NCBI GenBank assembly: GCA_965240325.2 | Contig: OZ251222.1 | Coordinates: 1-64,000, forward strand | Length of the DNA: 64,000 nt | Direction of reading: 5' to 3' | From: Rebecca billardiae RCC1528 | Taxonomy: Eukaryota > Protista > Haptophyta | Part shown: piece after piece, positions 24,199 through 37,253 of the stretch | How positions within the stretch are numbered: position 1 is the stretch's first letter | How the letters are laid out: each line of letters opens with the position of its first letter | Notes under the pieces: generated by a model | Told to the model about the DNA's origin: nothing | Database searches by the model: none | The model's input: the letters and a program-made list of their open reading frames with translations, nothing else | Program-made: the position numbers and the translations under genes

Positions 24199-24697
24199 TC
24201 ACACGTCCTCCTCGCCACCGTCATCCTCGTCCTCGCCTTCTCGCCAGTCGCGGTCCACGCGCTCGTGCACCTCGCGCTCGTACCCGTCGTCATCGTCGTC
24301 GGGCGCGCGCGGCCCCTCTGGCACGTACACGTCCTCCTCGGCGTCGGCGCCGGCGTTGTTCACCGCGTCGCACTCGTCGATCCATTGGGCGTACACGTCG
24401 ACCGGCTGCGTCAGCCTGTGCGTGTTCGCCGAGTGCTTCGCCCCGCAGATGCTGCACTTGATCGTGCCGAAGCTGCGGTCGCGGTCAATCTTCACGTCGC
24501 ACGTCTTCTCGTGGCCGCAGAAGGGGCAGTCGAAGGCGAGGGCCAGCTTGGGCCTCGGCTTCTTGGGTGGCGGCTTGGCGGAGCTCTTGCGCTTGCCCCT
24601 GCCGCGGGGGCGCAAGCGCGGTGGGGCGCGGCGGCCGCGCGAGGTCAAGGCGCGGGCGTCGCGCGGCGGCGGCGCGCCCTCGCACGACGCCATACAT
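24199..24697 (-). CDS. ELF1: Transcription elongation factor Elf1/ELOF1
   Basis: MGKRKSSAKPPPKK..FDCPFCGHEK..CSIC..LTQPVDVYAQWIDEC zinc ribbon; intron 24599-24695. Confidence 0.95.
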
Positions 24698-25119
24698 CGC
24701 GTATTCGCGTTGGCAATAAGCTCATGGCTCATGAACACGCCAGTGCGGGGAAGTCATCCGTAGTCAGTCAGCGACAATTCGGTCATTGACGGGCTGACTG
24801 ACTGAATCTGAACATCCCACACAGATGCACCGCGAATCACGTCAAAGCCAACAGTCAACAGCTGTCCACCGGCCCTTCACAGAAGCGCGCGCGCGCGCGT
24901 GGGGCCAGCCTCGTGTGCTGGTCGTCAACCGCTCCCAGCGCGCGGAGCGGGCGGCGCGGGCAGGGCGCGCGCAGGTGTGCGCCGTGCGAGGCGGCGCGTG
25001 CGAGCGCGCGCGGCGTGATCCGCAGCTCGGGCCGCGCCGCACGCGCGCGCGCCGCGCCCGGCGGCGGGCTCACGGCCGCGCGCGGTGCGCGCGCGCATCG
25101 TCCGCAGGCGGCGGCCATC

Positions 25120-25585
25120 ATGAACGGCAACGGCGCGCCCGCCAAGGGGCTGGAGGGCGCGATCAACCACGCCGAGGAGCTGCGCAACGAGGGCAACGCG
25201 CACTTCAAGCACGGCGACTACGAGAAGGCGCTCGACTCCTTCTCCCGCTCCCTCTTCGCCGAGGAGTCGCACCTGACGTACGCGAACCGCTCGCTCGTGT
25301 TCAACCGGCTGCGCCAGTACGAGGCGGCGCGGAAGGACGCGGAGCGCGCGCTGCAGATCGAGCCGACGGCGAAGGGGTACTACCGCCTCGCCACCGCGCT
25401 CGTCGCGCTCGGCGGCCGGCACCGCGAGGTCGTGCGCGCGTGCGAGCGCGGGCTGCAGTTTGGGCCGTCCGCAGAGCTCGTGCGGATGCGGGACGAGGCG
25501 AGGCGCGCGCTCGGCGGCGCGGCCGAGGCGTCGGACTCGGAGGAGGGCGACTCGGACGACGATGATGAGGACGAGGAGGACGAGG

Positions 25586-25617
<32 letters not shown>

Positions 25618-27616
25618 TCCTCCTCTGAGCCCGACGACGAGGACGAGGAGGCGGAGGCGGAGGCGGAGGCGGCGAGGGCGGAGGAGCGCGCGCGCAGCTT
25701 CGAGGCCAGGCGCGCCAAGCTCGCGAGCGCGCGCGGGGCGGGCGAGACGGGCGGCAGCGCGATGACGGAGGAGGAGGAGGCGGAGGTGCTCGCGGAGCGC
25801 GCGGCCGCGCGCGCCAAGTCCTTCGACAAGCGCGCCCACGCCGCCGCCGCCACGCCCGTGAGCGCGGCGCCCCCGCCCCCGCTCGAGAGCGCGGCCGAGT
25901 GCAAGGAGAAGGGGAACGCGCTCTACAAGGCGCAGGAGTACGCGCTGGCGCTCGAGTGGTACGCGAAGGCGGCGCAGCGCGCGTCGTCGGAGGGCGAGAA
26001 GGCGCTGTACCTGTGCAACCGCGCCGCCGCGCTGCTCATGCTCTCGCGCCCCGCGGACGCGGTGGAGGACGCGGGGCGCGCGCTCAAGCTGGACCAGGGC
26101 CTGGCCAAGGCACACGCGCGCAAGGGCAAGGGGCTGCTGCAGCTCGGGCAGCTGACCGAGGCGAGGCTGGCGCTGAGTGCGCGCGCGCGCGGCGGCGGCG
26201 CGCGCGCGCGCGGCGGGCCTGCGCGCTGCGTGCCGCGCACACCCCGCCATCGCTCACCCGCCCCGCGCGAGCGCGCGCGCGCCCCGCCGCGCCGCCGCAG
26301 CGCGCGCCGCCGAGCTCTCGCCTGGCAACGCTTCGATCGAGGAGGACCTGAGGCTGCTGGGCATGGCGCAGCGGCTCTCGGACGAGGTGAGCGTGCACGC
26401 CGAGCGCGGCGAGCACGAGAAGCTCCTCTCCCTCGTCCGCCTCCTCCGCGGCCGCTACTGCCCGGCCGCCGAGCAGCTGCGCTTTGTGGAGCTCGACGCG
26501 GTCGTGAAGCTTGGCCGGTACGACGAGGTGCTCTCGCAGGCCACGGCGATGCTGCGCGAGTCGCCGGACTCGCCGAACGCGCTGTACCTGCGCGGGCGGT
26601 GCCTCTTCCACAACGGGCAGCTCGACGCCGCGCTGAAGCACGCCACCGAGGCGCTGCGCCTCGACCCGGACCACGGCCCGTCCAAGGGCCTGCGCGTGGC
26701 TGTGAAGGGCCTCAGCGCGGCCAAGGAGGCGGGCAACGACGCCTTCAAGGCGCGCGACTTTGCCAAGGCGGTGGAGCACTACACCACGGCGCTCGGGCTG
26801 GCGGGCGAGCGCGACGCGATCGTCGTCACGCTGCGCACCAACCGCGCCACCGCGCACGCGCGCCTCCGGCAGCACGCCGAGGCGGTGGCGGACTGCACGG
26901 CCGCGCTCGGCCTCGAGCCCAAGTGCGCCAAGGCCATCCTGCGACGCGCCGCGTGCCGCATGGAGCTCGAGCAGTTCGACAAGGCGATGGAGGACTACAA
27001 GCTGGCCGAGCAGCACGCGCCCGACGAAGACTCGGCGCAGCAGGTGCGCCCGCCCGCTCGCGCCGCGCCGCGCCGCGCGGCGCGCGCGCGAGCGCGCACG
27101 CGCTCACGCCCGGCTCGAGCGCGCGCGTGCCCCGCGCGCGCCCCGCGCGCGCCCCGCCCGCAGGCGCGGCAGCTCGGGCGTAAGGCAAAGCTCGAGAAGC
27201 TCAAGTCGGAGCGCGAGGACCTGTACGGCCTGCTCGAGCTGCCCAAGACGGCCTCGTCCGTCGAGATCAAGAAGGCGTACCGCAAGATGGCTCTCAAGTG
27301 GCACCCGGACAAGAACGCGGGCTCGGAGGAGGAGCGGCTCAAGGCGGAGGCGCAGTTCAAAAAGCTCAACGACGCGTACGAGGTGCTCTCCACGCCCGAG
27401 AAGCGAGAGCGGTACGACTCGGGCGCGGACCTGGAGGAGCAGCTCGACGGGCACCGCGGGGGCGGGCACTCGCACGTCGACCCCGAGATGTTCAACATGT
27501 TCCAGTCCTTCATGGGCGGCGGGATGGGCGGCATGCCCAGGGGCGGCCGGCACCGGCACGGCGGCGGCGGCGGCGGCAGATACGGCCGCAACCCGTACGG
27601 CAGCCCGTTCGACTAG
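25120..27616 (+). CDS. DNAJC7: TPR-containing J-domain co-chaperone, DNAJC7/Tpr2-like
   Basis: Multiple TPRs (KEKGNALYK, KEAGNDAFK, NRAAA); J domain IKKAYRKMALKWHPDKN; G/F-rich tail; introns at ~26178-26300 and 27044-27163. Confidence 0.9.
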
Positions 27617-28006
27617 CCGAGTAGCGAGTAGCGCCCGGGGGCCACGCGCGGCGGGGTCGGAGGGGCGATCGGTGCGCGACGGATGAGATGAGACCCGCGT
27701 GGCGGACGGCCACGTCCGGGGCGATCATTGCCGTTGCATTGTATTATTTCGCATCAGCTCATCGGACCGTCGGAGGCGTTCAAAGGCAGCTGCGTAGCGG
27801 CGTGTCCGTGGGCGTGGTCGTGGATGCTTTTACAGCTTCGACTCTGGAACTCACTGTTCATCGCTGACAGTCATTGATAAGTCACGCGCTCGCCATTGTC
27901 ATATCCGGCCCGGTGTGACGCATGGGTCGTGGTGGCCTCCGCGACTCCGCGTGCGGCGGAGAAATTAAGAGCAGCGCGGCCGAGGCGCAGCAGAGGCGGG
28001 CCCTCG

Positions 28007-29650
28007 ATGCGGCCCGTGCCCGCGCTCCTGCTGTGCGCGGCGGCATGGCGCCCCGCCGCGGCGGCGCAGGGCGACTTCTGGAACCCGATCCTGAGCTTCA
28101 TGATGACCAGCGCGCAGCTCGACAACATCACGCTCCCGGCCGGCCAGGTGAGCGACCGGCTGCCGACCGAGCTGGGCGACACGCACCTCACCGCGCTCGA
28201 CCTCGCAGACAACCGGTTCTACGGCTCGGTGCCCACGGAGTTTGGGCGGCTGTCGACGCTGCGCGTGCTCGATCTCGGCGGCAACGCGCTCGCGGGCTCG
28301 CTGCCCACCGAGCTCGGCCGGCTGGGCGCGCTGACCGTGCTCAGCCTGCGCGCGCACGCGGACCGGCCGTACGGCCTCTCCGGCTTCGTGCCGACGGAGC
28401 TCGCGCGGCTGAGCGCGCTGGCCGAGCTCCGGCTGGACCACAACTACCTCCCCGACGCGCTCTTCCGCCCCGCCGCCCTGCTCCGCGGCCTCGCCTCGCT
28501 GCGCACGCTCTCGCTGATCGGGTGCGAGCTGAGCGGCACCGCGCCGACCGAGCTGGGCGTGCTGAGCGCGCTGCGCACGCTGTCGCTCGACCAGAACCAG
28601 CTGGCGGGCGCGGAGGTGATCCCGACGGAGCTTGGCGCGCTGCCCGACCTCGCGTACCTCTCCCTCGACATGAACGCCTTCGACGCGCCCGGCGTGCCCA
28701 CCGCGCTCGGGCTGCTCAGCGGGCTGGAGGCGCTGTCCCTCGGCGAGAACGCGCTGGGCGGCGCCGACGGCACCGGGCTGCCCACGGAGCTGGCGAGGCT
28801 GGGGCGGCTGCGCGAGCTGGGGATGTACAGCACGCGGCTGGCGGGCACGATCCCGCGCGACGTGCTCGGGCCGCTCACCGCGCTCGAGTACCTGCACCTC
28901 GGCCGCAACTCGCTGAGTGGCGGCGTGCCCGAGTGGGCGGGCCGCGCGTGGCCGCGCATGCGCGAGCTGCACCTCGGCGGCAACGCTCTCAGCGGCACCG
29001 TGCCGGCGCAGCTGTCGGGGATGCGCGCGCTCGAGGTGCTCGACCTGAAGGACAACGCGCTGTCGGGCATCATCCCCGCGCAGCTCGTCGCCGCGCTGCC
29101 CGCGCTGCGCACGCTCGACCTGCGCGGCAACCCTCAGCTGTGCGAGGTGTCTCGGCCCGCGTGGCTCACGCCTGGGGTGCTGCTGCCCGAGCAGGTGGAC
29201 GGCTGCCGCCCGCCGAGCCCGCCCTCGCCGCCGCCGAGCCCGCCGCCGCCGCCAAGCCCGCCCTCGCCGCCCTCGCCGCCGCCCACGCCGCCGTGGCCCC
29301 CGAGCCCGCCGCCCAGCCCGCCCTCGCCGCCGGCGCCGCCGGCGCCGCCATTGCCCGGCAGCGGCGACGGCAGCGCGCTCACGGCGATGGCCGCGGAGGG
29401 CGAGGTCAACCAGGGCGCGCGCATCGCGATCGGCCTGCTGCTCGGCACCCTGGTCGTCGTCGTCCTGATCGCGGGCGCCAGGCGGCACCAGCGGGCGCGC
29501 CGGCCCAAGGGCGCGCACGAGCTCGCCACCGCGCCCGACGAGGACGAGGGCGCGCACGGCGTCGAGCTCGGCGAGATGCGCAGCCCGCTCTCCGGCGATG
29601 GGGCGGACGACGACGCCGGCGCTGACGGCTCCGATGAGCGCGAGACCTAG
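28007..29650 (+). CDS. LRR receptor-like membrane protein (signal peptide, plant-type LRRs, SPPP stalk, one TM, no kinase)
   Basis: LxxLxLxxNxLxGxxPTELG repeats; Pro/Ser tract; TM IAIGLLLGTLVVVVLIAGA followed by RRHQR; short acidic tail. Confidence 0.9.
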   Translation: MRPVPALLLCAAAWRPAAAAQGDFWNPILSFMMTSAQLDNITLPAGQVSDRLPTELGDTHLTALDLADNRFYGSVPTEFGRLSTLRVLDLGGNALAGSLPTELGRLGALTVLSLRAHADRPYGLSGFVPTELARLSALAELRLDHNYLPDALFRPAALLRGLASLRTLSLIGCELSGTAPTELGVLSALRTLSLDQNQLAGAEVIPTELGALPDLAYLSLDMNAFDAPGVPTALGLLSGLEALSLGENALGGADGTGLPTELARLGRLRELGMYSTRLAGTIPRDVLGPLTALEYLHLGRNSLSGGVPEWAGRAWPRMRELHLGGNALSGTVPAQLSGMRALEVLDLKDNALSGIIPAQLVAALPALRTLDLRGNPQLCEVSRPAWLTPGVLLPEQVDGCRPPSPPSPPPSPPPPPSPPSPPSPPPTPPWPPSPPPSPPSPPAPPAPPLPGSGDGSALTAMAAEGEVNQGARIAIGLLLGTLVVVVLIAGARRHQRARRPKGAHELATAPDEDEGAHGVELGEMRSPLSGDGADDDAGADGSDERET

Positions 29651-30023
29651 GGCACCGCGCGCGACGGCGACGGGTGAGCGCCGTCGGGTCGGCCAGCCGG
29701 TGTCCGCGACGCTCGCGTCGTCTCGACTCCACGGACGAAGTTGTATCATTTGTCAAGCCGAAGTGTGAACAACCGTTGCACAGGCCAAGGCCCGCCGGCG
29801 CCAAGGGGCAGGGCACTGGCGCCATTGTTTTACCTGCTGTGCCGCGACCGCCGCTTTTTATGCCTTTTTCTTTCGTCATCGATGAAAGGTCTCCAGTCGC
29901 AGCGGCGGGGTACCGGCAATTTTGACGATTATTTTCCGGCTCGCGACGACAGAGTACCGTATCCATACGCTGCTGGCTGGCCCGATCGATACCAAGCCGC
30001 CCGCCATCCGCTGGGCCGTTGGC

Positions 30024-30854
30024 ATGAGCGAGTGCGCGGCCGCCCGCGAGCTCGCGCTCGCAGGGAAGGCCGTCTTCCTGGACCACCGGCTCACGGTGGT
30101 GATCGGCATCATCTGCGTCTTCAACGCCGCGATCCAGCTCATCACGCCGCTCGTGAAGGCGCACCCGGCGTACGAACACGTCGACGAGGAAACAAAGGCG
30201 GCGACGCCCGTGCGGCTCGTGCAGTCACTGATCGGCCCGCTCCAGCTGCTCGCGTTCCCCGTGCTCATCTACGAGGCTGCGAGTGGCTGCGATGTCTCCG
30301 AGCTCTTCATCTACTGGGGCGCCTCGTGGGTCTCCACTTTCGACCTGTACGACTTCATCCGGCGCTGGCCGCTCCGCCCGACGCTCGCCGCGCACCACAT
30401 CGTGACGGTGAGCGTCGGCGTCGCCCTGCTCGACTGGCGGCTATGGCCCGCGAACGGGCACAGCTTCCACCGCGCGTTCGTCGCCTTCTTCGGCTGCCTG
30501 GGCGTGCAGTGGATCACGGACGCGTTCTCGACCGTGTTCCGCTTCTCGCTCAGCCTCGGGACGATCAGGCGCTGGCGGTACGCGTACCTCGCGTCGGGGT
30601 TCGCGCGGCTGGCCGGCGCCGTGCTGCTGCTCGTGTGGGGCATCCACGGCGTGATGGTTGGCGCGAGCGGCGCGGCGACCGTCTCGCTCATCCTGTGCGT
30701 CGCGTACTCGTTTGAGCAGCTGCGCTCGGTGCTGTGGGTGTACAACTTTGACGCGCGCCGCTTCTACGACAAGCACCAGGCGACGTGGGTGGGGGCGGGC
30801 GTGCGCCCCAGCGGCTCGTCACGCAGCAAAACCGGCCCCGAGCAGCACGCGTGA
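30024..30854 (+). CDS. Multi-pass membrane protein, possibly TLC (TRAM/LAG1/CLN8)-like
   Basis: 6-7 hydrophobic segments; FDLYD and AAHH motifs. Confidence 0.55.
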   Translation: MSECAAARELALAGKAVFLDHRLTVVIGIICVFNAAIQLITPLVKAHPAYEHVDEETKAATPVRLVQSLIGPLQLLAFPVLIYEAASGCDVSELFIYWGASWVSTFDLYDFIRRWPLRPTLAAHHIVTVSVGVALLDWRLWPANGHSFHRAFVAFFGCLGVQWITDAFSTVFRFSLSLGTIRRWRYAYLASGFARLAGAVLLLVWGIHGVMVGASGAATVSLILCVAYSFEQLRSVLWVYNFDARRFYDKHQATWVGAGVRPSGSSRSKTGPEQHA

Positions 30855-31399
30855 GCCGACCCGCGGCCAGTGGGCGCCATCGCCACGATGGCGGGAACCC
30901 CGGGCCCACGTACCGTTGCTCGCCCCCGGCAGCAGCGGGGCCGTCCGGGGGCCGTCCGCGCCTCCGCCGGTGGTCGGCAGCGGTGGCGAGCAATGATCAG
31001 AGCTCAGTCAGGCTACTCGACTGAGCTGTCAGCCGTGTGCGGACCGCGCGAATCACAGTTCGCGACGTCGCCGGCGCGGCAGCTCACCGGGACAGTGAGT
31101 CTAAGGGCTCCGGCCGTCGCATTGTCCGACTCGGCGTCGATGATTCCTCGCCGGCTCGCCGCAGACTCGCTCGGCTGCTCAGCCAGCCGCCAGCCGGTGC
31201 AACTCACCGTGCAAGACGAAGTTTCTGATATCTGATGGATTTTACCCCCGTATTGATCGGAGATCACGTCGTATTTCATCTCGCGGCGGCCTCGTCCGCG
31301 CCTTTTCGGCGGGGCGCCAAGTGGGCAGCACTTGTTCAGCAGCGCGGCGCATCGTCCGCGCGACGCGCTACGGGCCACCGGCTACTGGTGAGCGCGACA

Positions 31400-34300
31400 A
31401 TGGCGCTCTCGCCGCTCGGCCCGCGCGGCCCGGCCACCAGCGCGCGCGCGCCTCGGCCGCGGGCGCTCGGCGCGCGCGTGCTGCTGTCGGCCGTTCTGCT
31501 CGCCGCGCGCACCGCGGACGCGCAGATGGGCTTGAGCGCTGGCTTTGAGCACACGTGTGCGCTCCGCACGGCGACGAGCGAGCTGTGGTGCTGGGGCGCG
31601 AATGCGCTGTGGCAGCTTGGTTTGGGTGACGAGGAAGCGCGCGGCGACAGCACCGGCGAGATGAGCGGCAACCTACCGCCGCTGAATCTCGGCAGCGGCC
31701 TTTCGATCCTGATGGTGAGCAGCGGCGGCGGCACCTCGTGCGCGGTCGTCAGCACAGGCTTCAGCAACAGCCTCAAGTGCTGGGGCGCGAACTCGGCCGG
31801 GCAGCTCGGCAAGGGGAGCACGGCGTTCCGCGGGCCGCCGAACGCCACGCTCGGCGACAGCCTGCCCAGCGTCGACCTCGGCGGCGAGGCGGAGCCGCTC
31901 GCTGTCTCGGTCGGACACGACGAGTCGAGCGGCGGCTCTCACGTGCTCGTGCTGCTGCTCGGCGGCGAGGTGAAGGCGTTCGGCGCGAACGCGTTCGGGC
32001 AGCTCGGGTACAACGACGTGGCCGATCGTGGCTCCCAGCCGTCGGACATGGGCGGGGCCAATCTCCCGCCCGTCGTCTTTGCGCCGCCCGAGGGCGGCCA
32101 GTCCCTCCGGCGGCTGCGCGAGCTCGGCGGCGCCGCGCCGGCCGAGCGCGGCGCGCGCGCGCGCCGGCTGCAGCCGACGCTGCTTGTCGAGGGCGTCGCC
32201 GCGGGCGGCGCGACGTCGTGCGCGCTCAACCTTCAGTCGAGCCGCGAGCTCTACTGCTGGGGCCGCAACACGCACGGCCAGCTCGGCCTGGGCGACACCC
32301 TCGCGCGCGGCGCCGCGGACGGCGCGTACGCTGTCGGCTTCCTCAGCCCGATCGCGCTGCCGGCGCCTCCCGTCTCCGTGGCGGTGGGGCAGGCGCACGT
32401 GTGCGCCGTGGTGCAGGGCGCCGGGCTCAACGTCTCCGTCGCGTGCTGGGGCAACGGCGCGAGCGGCCGGCTCGGCTCGGGCGGCGTCGCCAACCTCGGC
32501 GACAACGCGGGCCAGATGGGCGACCAGCTGCCCACCGTGCAGCTGCCCGGGCTGGCGGGCGCGCCGGCCGAGGCGTGCGCGGGCGAGGCGCACACGTGCG
32601 TGCGGTACGCGAGCGGCGAGGTGGTCTGCTTCGGCGCCAACGTGGACGGCCGGCTGGGCTACGGCGACACCGCCGGGCGCGGCGAGACCAGCGCCACGAT
32701 GGGCACGTCCCTCCCGGCGGTCGTGGCGCCCGACGAGCTGCCGGCGACGGCGCTGGCGTGCGGCGACAGCTGGACGTGCGTCGCGCTCAACGGCTCGGCG
32801 GTGTACTGCTGGGGCGCGAACGGGCGGGGCCAGCTCGGGCAGGGCGACGTGGCCTCGCGCGGTGACTCGGACGTGACCAAGGTGAGCACCCTGCCGCAGG
32901 TCGAGCTGGGCGCCTTCTCGCCGCCATCGAGCCCGCCGCCACCGCCACCGCCGACGCCGCCGCCGAGCCCGCCGCCGAGCCCACCGCCGAGCCCGCCGCC
33001 GAGCCCGCCGCCGAGCCCACCGTCGTCGCCCCCGAGCCCGCCGCCACCGCCGCCGCCGACGCCGCCTCCGAGCCCACCTCCGAGCCCGCCGCCGAGCCCG
33101 CCGCCGAGCCCGCCGCCAAGCCCGCCGCCGAGCCCGCCGCCACCGCCACCGCCGACGCCGCCTCCAACCCCGCCACCGAGCCCGCCGCCGAGCCCGCCGC
33201 CGAGCCCGCCCCCGAGCCCGCCGCCGAGCCCACCGCCACCGCCGCCGCCAACCCCGCCGCCGAACCCGCCGCCGAGCCCGCCGCCGAGCCCGCCGCCGAG
33301 CCCGCCGCCGCTCCCGCCGCTGTCGCCGCCGCCGCTGCTGCCGCCGAACCCCTCGCCTCCGTCCACGCCGCCGCCGCCCGACCTGGGCGGCGCGCCCCAG
33401 CTCGTGTCTGTGAGCCTGGGCGAGGGGCTGGACACGATCGGCGCCGTCTTCGACCGGAGCACCAACCGGGGCGGCTTCGAGGTGGGCGAGAGCTTCGAGT
33501 GCGACAAGCTCTTCTCCACCGCCACCAAGCAGCGGCTCAGCTCGGACAGCGGCGGCGGCGACGCGGTGTGCGAGTGGCTGAGCGATTTCGCGCTCGTCGT
33601 CACGCTGCCCTCCGGCGTGGCGGCGCCGACCGACGCGGAGATCGGCGCGAGCGGCGCGGAGTCTCAGTTCTCGCTCGAGTTTGCGGCGGGCAAGATCTGC
33701 TCCGAGGCCTCCGAGGAGGACCAGTACCTTGAGACCGCCCGGGGGGAGAAGGGGCTGGGCGGCCTCGACGGGCTGGGCGGCGGCGGGCTGGGCGGCTGGC
33801 AGCCGGGCTCCAACCCGGCCGCGCTCGCGGGCGGCGGGCGGCGCGTGCGCGCCGTGCGCGCGGCGCGCGCGCTCATGGAGGAGGGCGGAGGCGGCGGCGA
33901 CGAGCCCGACGGCGGCGGGGGCGGCGGGGGCGGCGGCGGCGAGGAGGACTACAGCGCCAGCTCGACCGACCTGGTGTGCCCGGACGGCGTCGGCCAGCGG
34001 CGCAAGGTGGAGGGCCCGTCGGCGATCTCGGAGAGTGCGCAGCCGAGCGTGTCCGCGCTGCTCGCTCCGTCCGCGCACGCCGTCTGCCTGCCGCTCACGG
34101 TGTACGCGCCCTCGAGCGACGGCGGCGGCGCGTTCGGCGCGCTGTACAGCTGGAACGCGTCGGTCTCGCAGCCCGCGGCGTGCGCGCTCTCGCCCGGCTG
34201 CGCCGCCGCCCTGGCCAACCTGCGGCAGGTGGCGGCGAGCGCGCAGAGCCCGGCGCTCACCGTGCCCGCGGCCGCGCTGGACGTCTCGATGGGGGCCCTC

Positions 34301-37214
34301 TCGCTCGAGCTGCTCGTGGGCGTGCCGTACGGGGAGGAGTACGCGGCGCAGGCCGCGGTGGTCGGGCTGACCAGCACGCCGCTGCCCGCCGTCTCGATCA
34401 GCTCCGCCGCCGGCGCGAGCTGGCGCACCTCCACCCAGCTGCGGCTCGAGTCGAGCGCGCGGCTGGCGAGCGGCACCGGCTGCGCCGGGCCGGCGGTCGG
34501 CGGCTCTCTGGGCTACCTGTGGGAGCTCAGCCCGGCGCTGTCGGCGGAGAAGGCGGCGCGGCTCGCGGCGGGCGCGCTGAGCAAGCCGACGCTCGTGCTG
34601 CCCGCGTACACGCTCACCCCCGGCGTGACGTACACCATCACGCTCACGGTGAGCACCGCGACTGAGCTCTCCAACTCGGCGAGCACGACTCTGGTCGTGC
34701 TCGTGCAGGGCGTGCTCGCGACCATCAGCGGCGGCGGCGCGCGCGTGGTGGGCGCGGGCGGGGCGCAGCTGGCGGTGGACGCGAGCGCGTCGCGCGACCG
34801 CGACGCGCAGGGCGCGAGCCTCACCTTCGCGTGGCAGGGCCTCGACGCGCTGCGCTGCGAGCCGCACGACGCCAACAGCACGGGCGCGGGCTCGGACTGC
34901 ATACAGGCGGGCGACGCGAGCAGCGCGCTGCTCGGCCTCCGCCCGCTGGCCAACGGCTCGTACCCGCTGAGCGTGACGGTGGCGGCGGCGGACGGGCGCG
35001 AGGACACGGCGTCGCAGCTGCTCACCGTCGTCGCGGGCGCGCCGCCCGTCGTCACCATCGCCGAGCTCCCCACCGAGAACGCCGAGCCTTCGCAGAAGCT
35101 GCGGCTCTCAGGCTCGGTGTTTGAGCCGATCACGAACGCAGACCTGCGCCGCTCGCGCGACGTGCGGCTGCTGTGGTCGGTGGACGACGGCGGCGACGCC
35201 GGGCTCGAGCTGGGCTCGGCGCAGACGGTCGCCAGCCCGCTCTCCGTCGCCGACCTCGTGCTGCGCGCCAACGTGCTCGCGGCGGGCGAGACGTACTCGC
35301 TGCGGCTGAGCGCGACGTTTGGCGGCGTGACCGGCTTTGCGGTGCTCACGTTCAGCACGAACGCGCCGCCGCGCGGCGGCGTGTTCAGCGTGTCGCCGGA
35401 CTCGGGCGTGGGCCTCGACACGGAGTTCACGCTCGCGATGGTCGGCTGGGACGCGGACAACCTGCCGCTGCGCTACGCCTTCAGCCGGCGCAACGGCCGG
35501 CCGTCGCGCGGCCCGACCGACCAGTTCTCCGTCACGCTGCGCGCGAGCAGCCTCACGCCCATTCACAGCACGACGCTGCCCTCCGGCCGCGGCGGCGGCG
35601 GGGCGCTGACGCTGGTGGGCTCGGCGGTGGACCAGCTCGACGCGACGGTCACGCTCGAGCGCACCGTCACCGTCTCCGCGCCCGACGGCACCGCCTCCGG
35701 CGCGGGCGCGACCGCGTACGTGCGCGGCGTCGTGGACGCGCGGCTGTCGTCGCTGCTCGGCGCCTCGTCCGCGAGCGAGGTGGCCAACCTCGCCTCGTCG
35801 AGCGCGTCGCTGCTGAACGACGAGGAGGACGCGGACGACGGGACGCGGCGCGCGCTGCGCGGCGAGCTGATCAGCGCGCTCGACGTCGTCGCCTCCGCCG
35901 ACACCACCGCCGACTCGGAGAGCCTGGGGCTCGTGCTGGGCGCACTCGAGGAGCTCGTGGGCGCCCCCTCCGAGCTGGACGCGGGCGCGCGCGCGCAGGC
36001 GGCGGGGCTGGCGAGGAGCCTGATGAGCTCGGCGCGGAGCGAGGGGCTGGACGAGGCGGGAGCGAACGCGACGGTGAGCGCGCTCGCCTCGCTGCTTGAC
36101 GGCACCGTCGAGGGCGGCGACTCGGACGAGGACGCGTCCGCCGTCTCGTCGATCGTGCAGGAGGCGCTGGCCGACCTCGGCGCCGCGCTGCTGCTGGACG
36201 CGCTGGCGTGCGAGGAGGCGACGAGCGTCGTGTCCGGCTCGATCTCGATCAGCGCGGCGCGCACGCTGTCCAGCTGCCTCGCCGACTCGACGCAGACCGC
36301 GCCCGAGCTCGAGGAGGACGAGGACGGCGTCGCGGGCCCGTCTGCGCAGTTTGGCGCGGCGCTCGAGTCGGAGGCGCAGATCCCGTCGGAGGAGGAGTTC
36401 GATCTCGAGCTGATCTCGTGGCTGCTCGACCCGCACGAGGCGGCGGCGCGCGAGGCGGGCTCGGAGACGAACCTGAGCGCGCGCGTCTTCTCCGTCCGGC
36501 TGCTCGACTCGAGCGGCGACGAGATCGACGTCGACGGCCTCGCCGAGCCCGTGGCGCTCACGATCCGGCCGGCGGACGGCGGCAGCTTTGGCGACGTGGG
36601 CGGCGCGCGCTGCGACGCGGACGAGGACTGCAGCGGCGGCGAGGGCGCGGGCGAGGCGGGCGGCGCGTGCGTGCGCGGCGCGTGCGTGTGCAACGCCGCC
36701 TTCTCCGGGCGCACGTGCGCGCGCAAGCAGCGCTGCGTCTTCTGGGACGAGCAGGAGCTCGAGTGGAGCGACGACGGGTGCGAGGTCGCCTCGGTCTCGG
36801 CGGGTGCGGTCGTGTGCAAGTGCACGCACCTCACCGACTTTTGCGTGCAGGTGAACACGCTGAGCGCGGCGCAGATCGGCGCGGCGGCGCTGGCGATCTT
36901 CACCGGGCGCGTGTTCGTCGCCTCGCCCCTCGCCGCCGCGCTCGTCCTCGCCGTCCTCGGCATCGCCCTCGGCGGCGCGGCGGTGCTGCACGCGCACGAC
37001 TTGCGCACGCCGCACGCCGGCGCGCCGCTGCGCTGCGTCGCGGCGACGCGGCGCGCGCACCTGCGCGTGCAGGCGCGGACCGACCTGGCGCTGCTGCTCC
37101 GGCGCACGCGCGTGCTGCTCAGCGCCGCCAGGCGCCGCGGCCGGCGCGCCGCCGGCGAGCGCGGCGAGCGCGTCGGCGCCGGCGGCGCGCGCGTCGTCGT
37201 GCGCGCGCGGCGGC

Positions 37215-37253
<39 letters not shown>

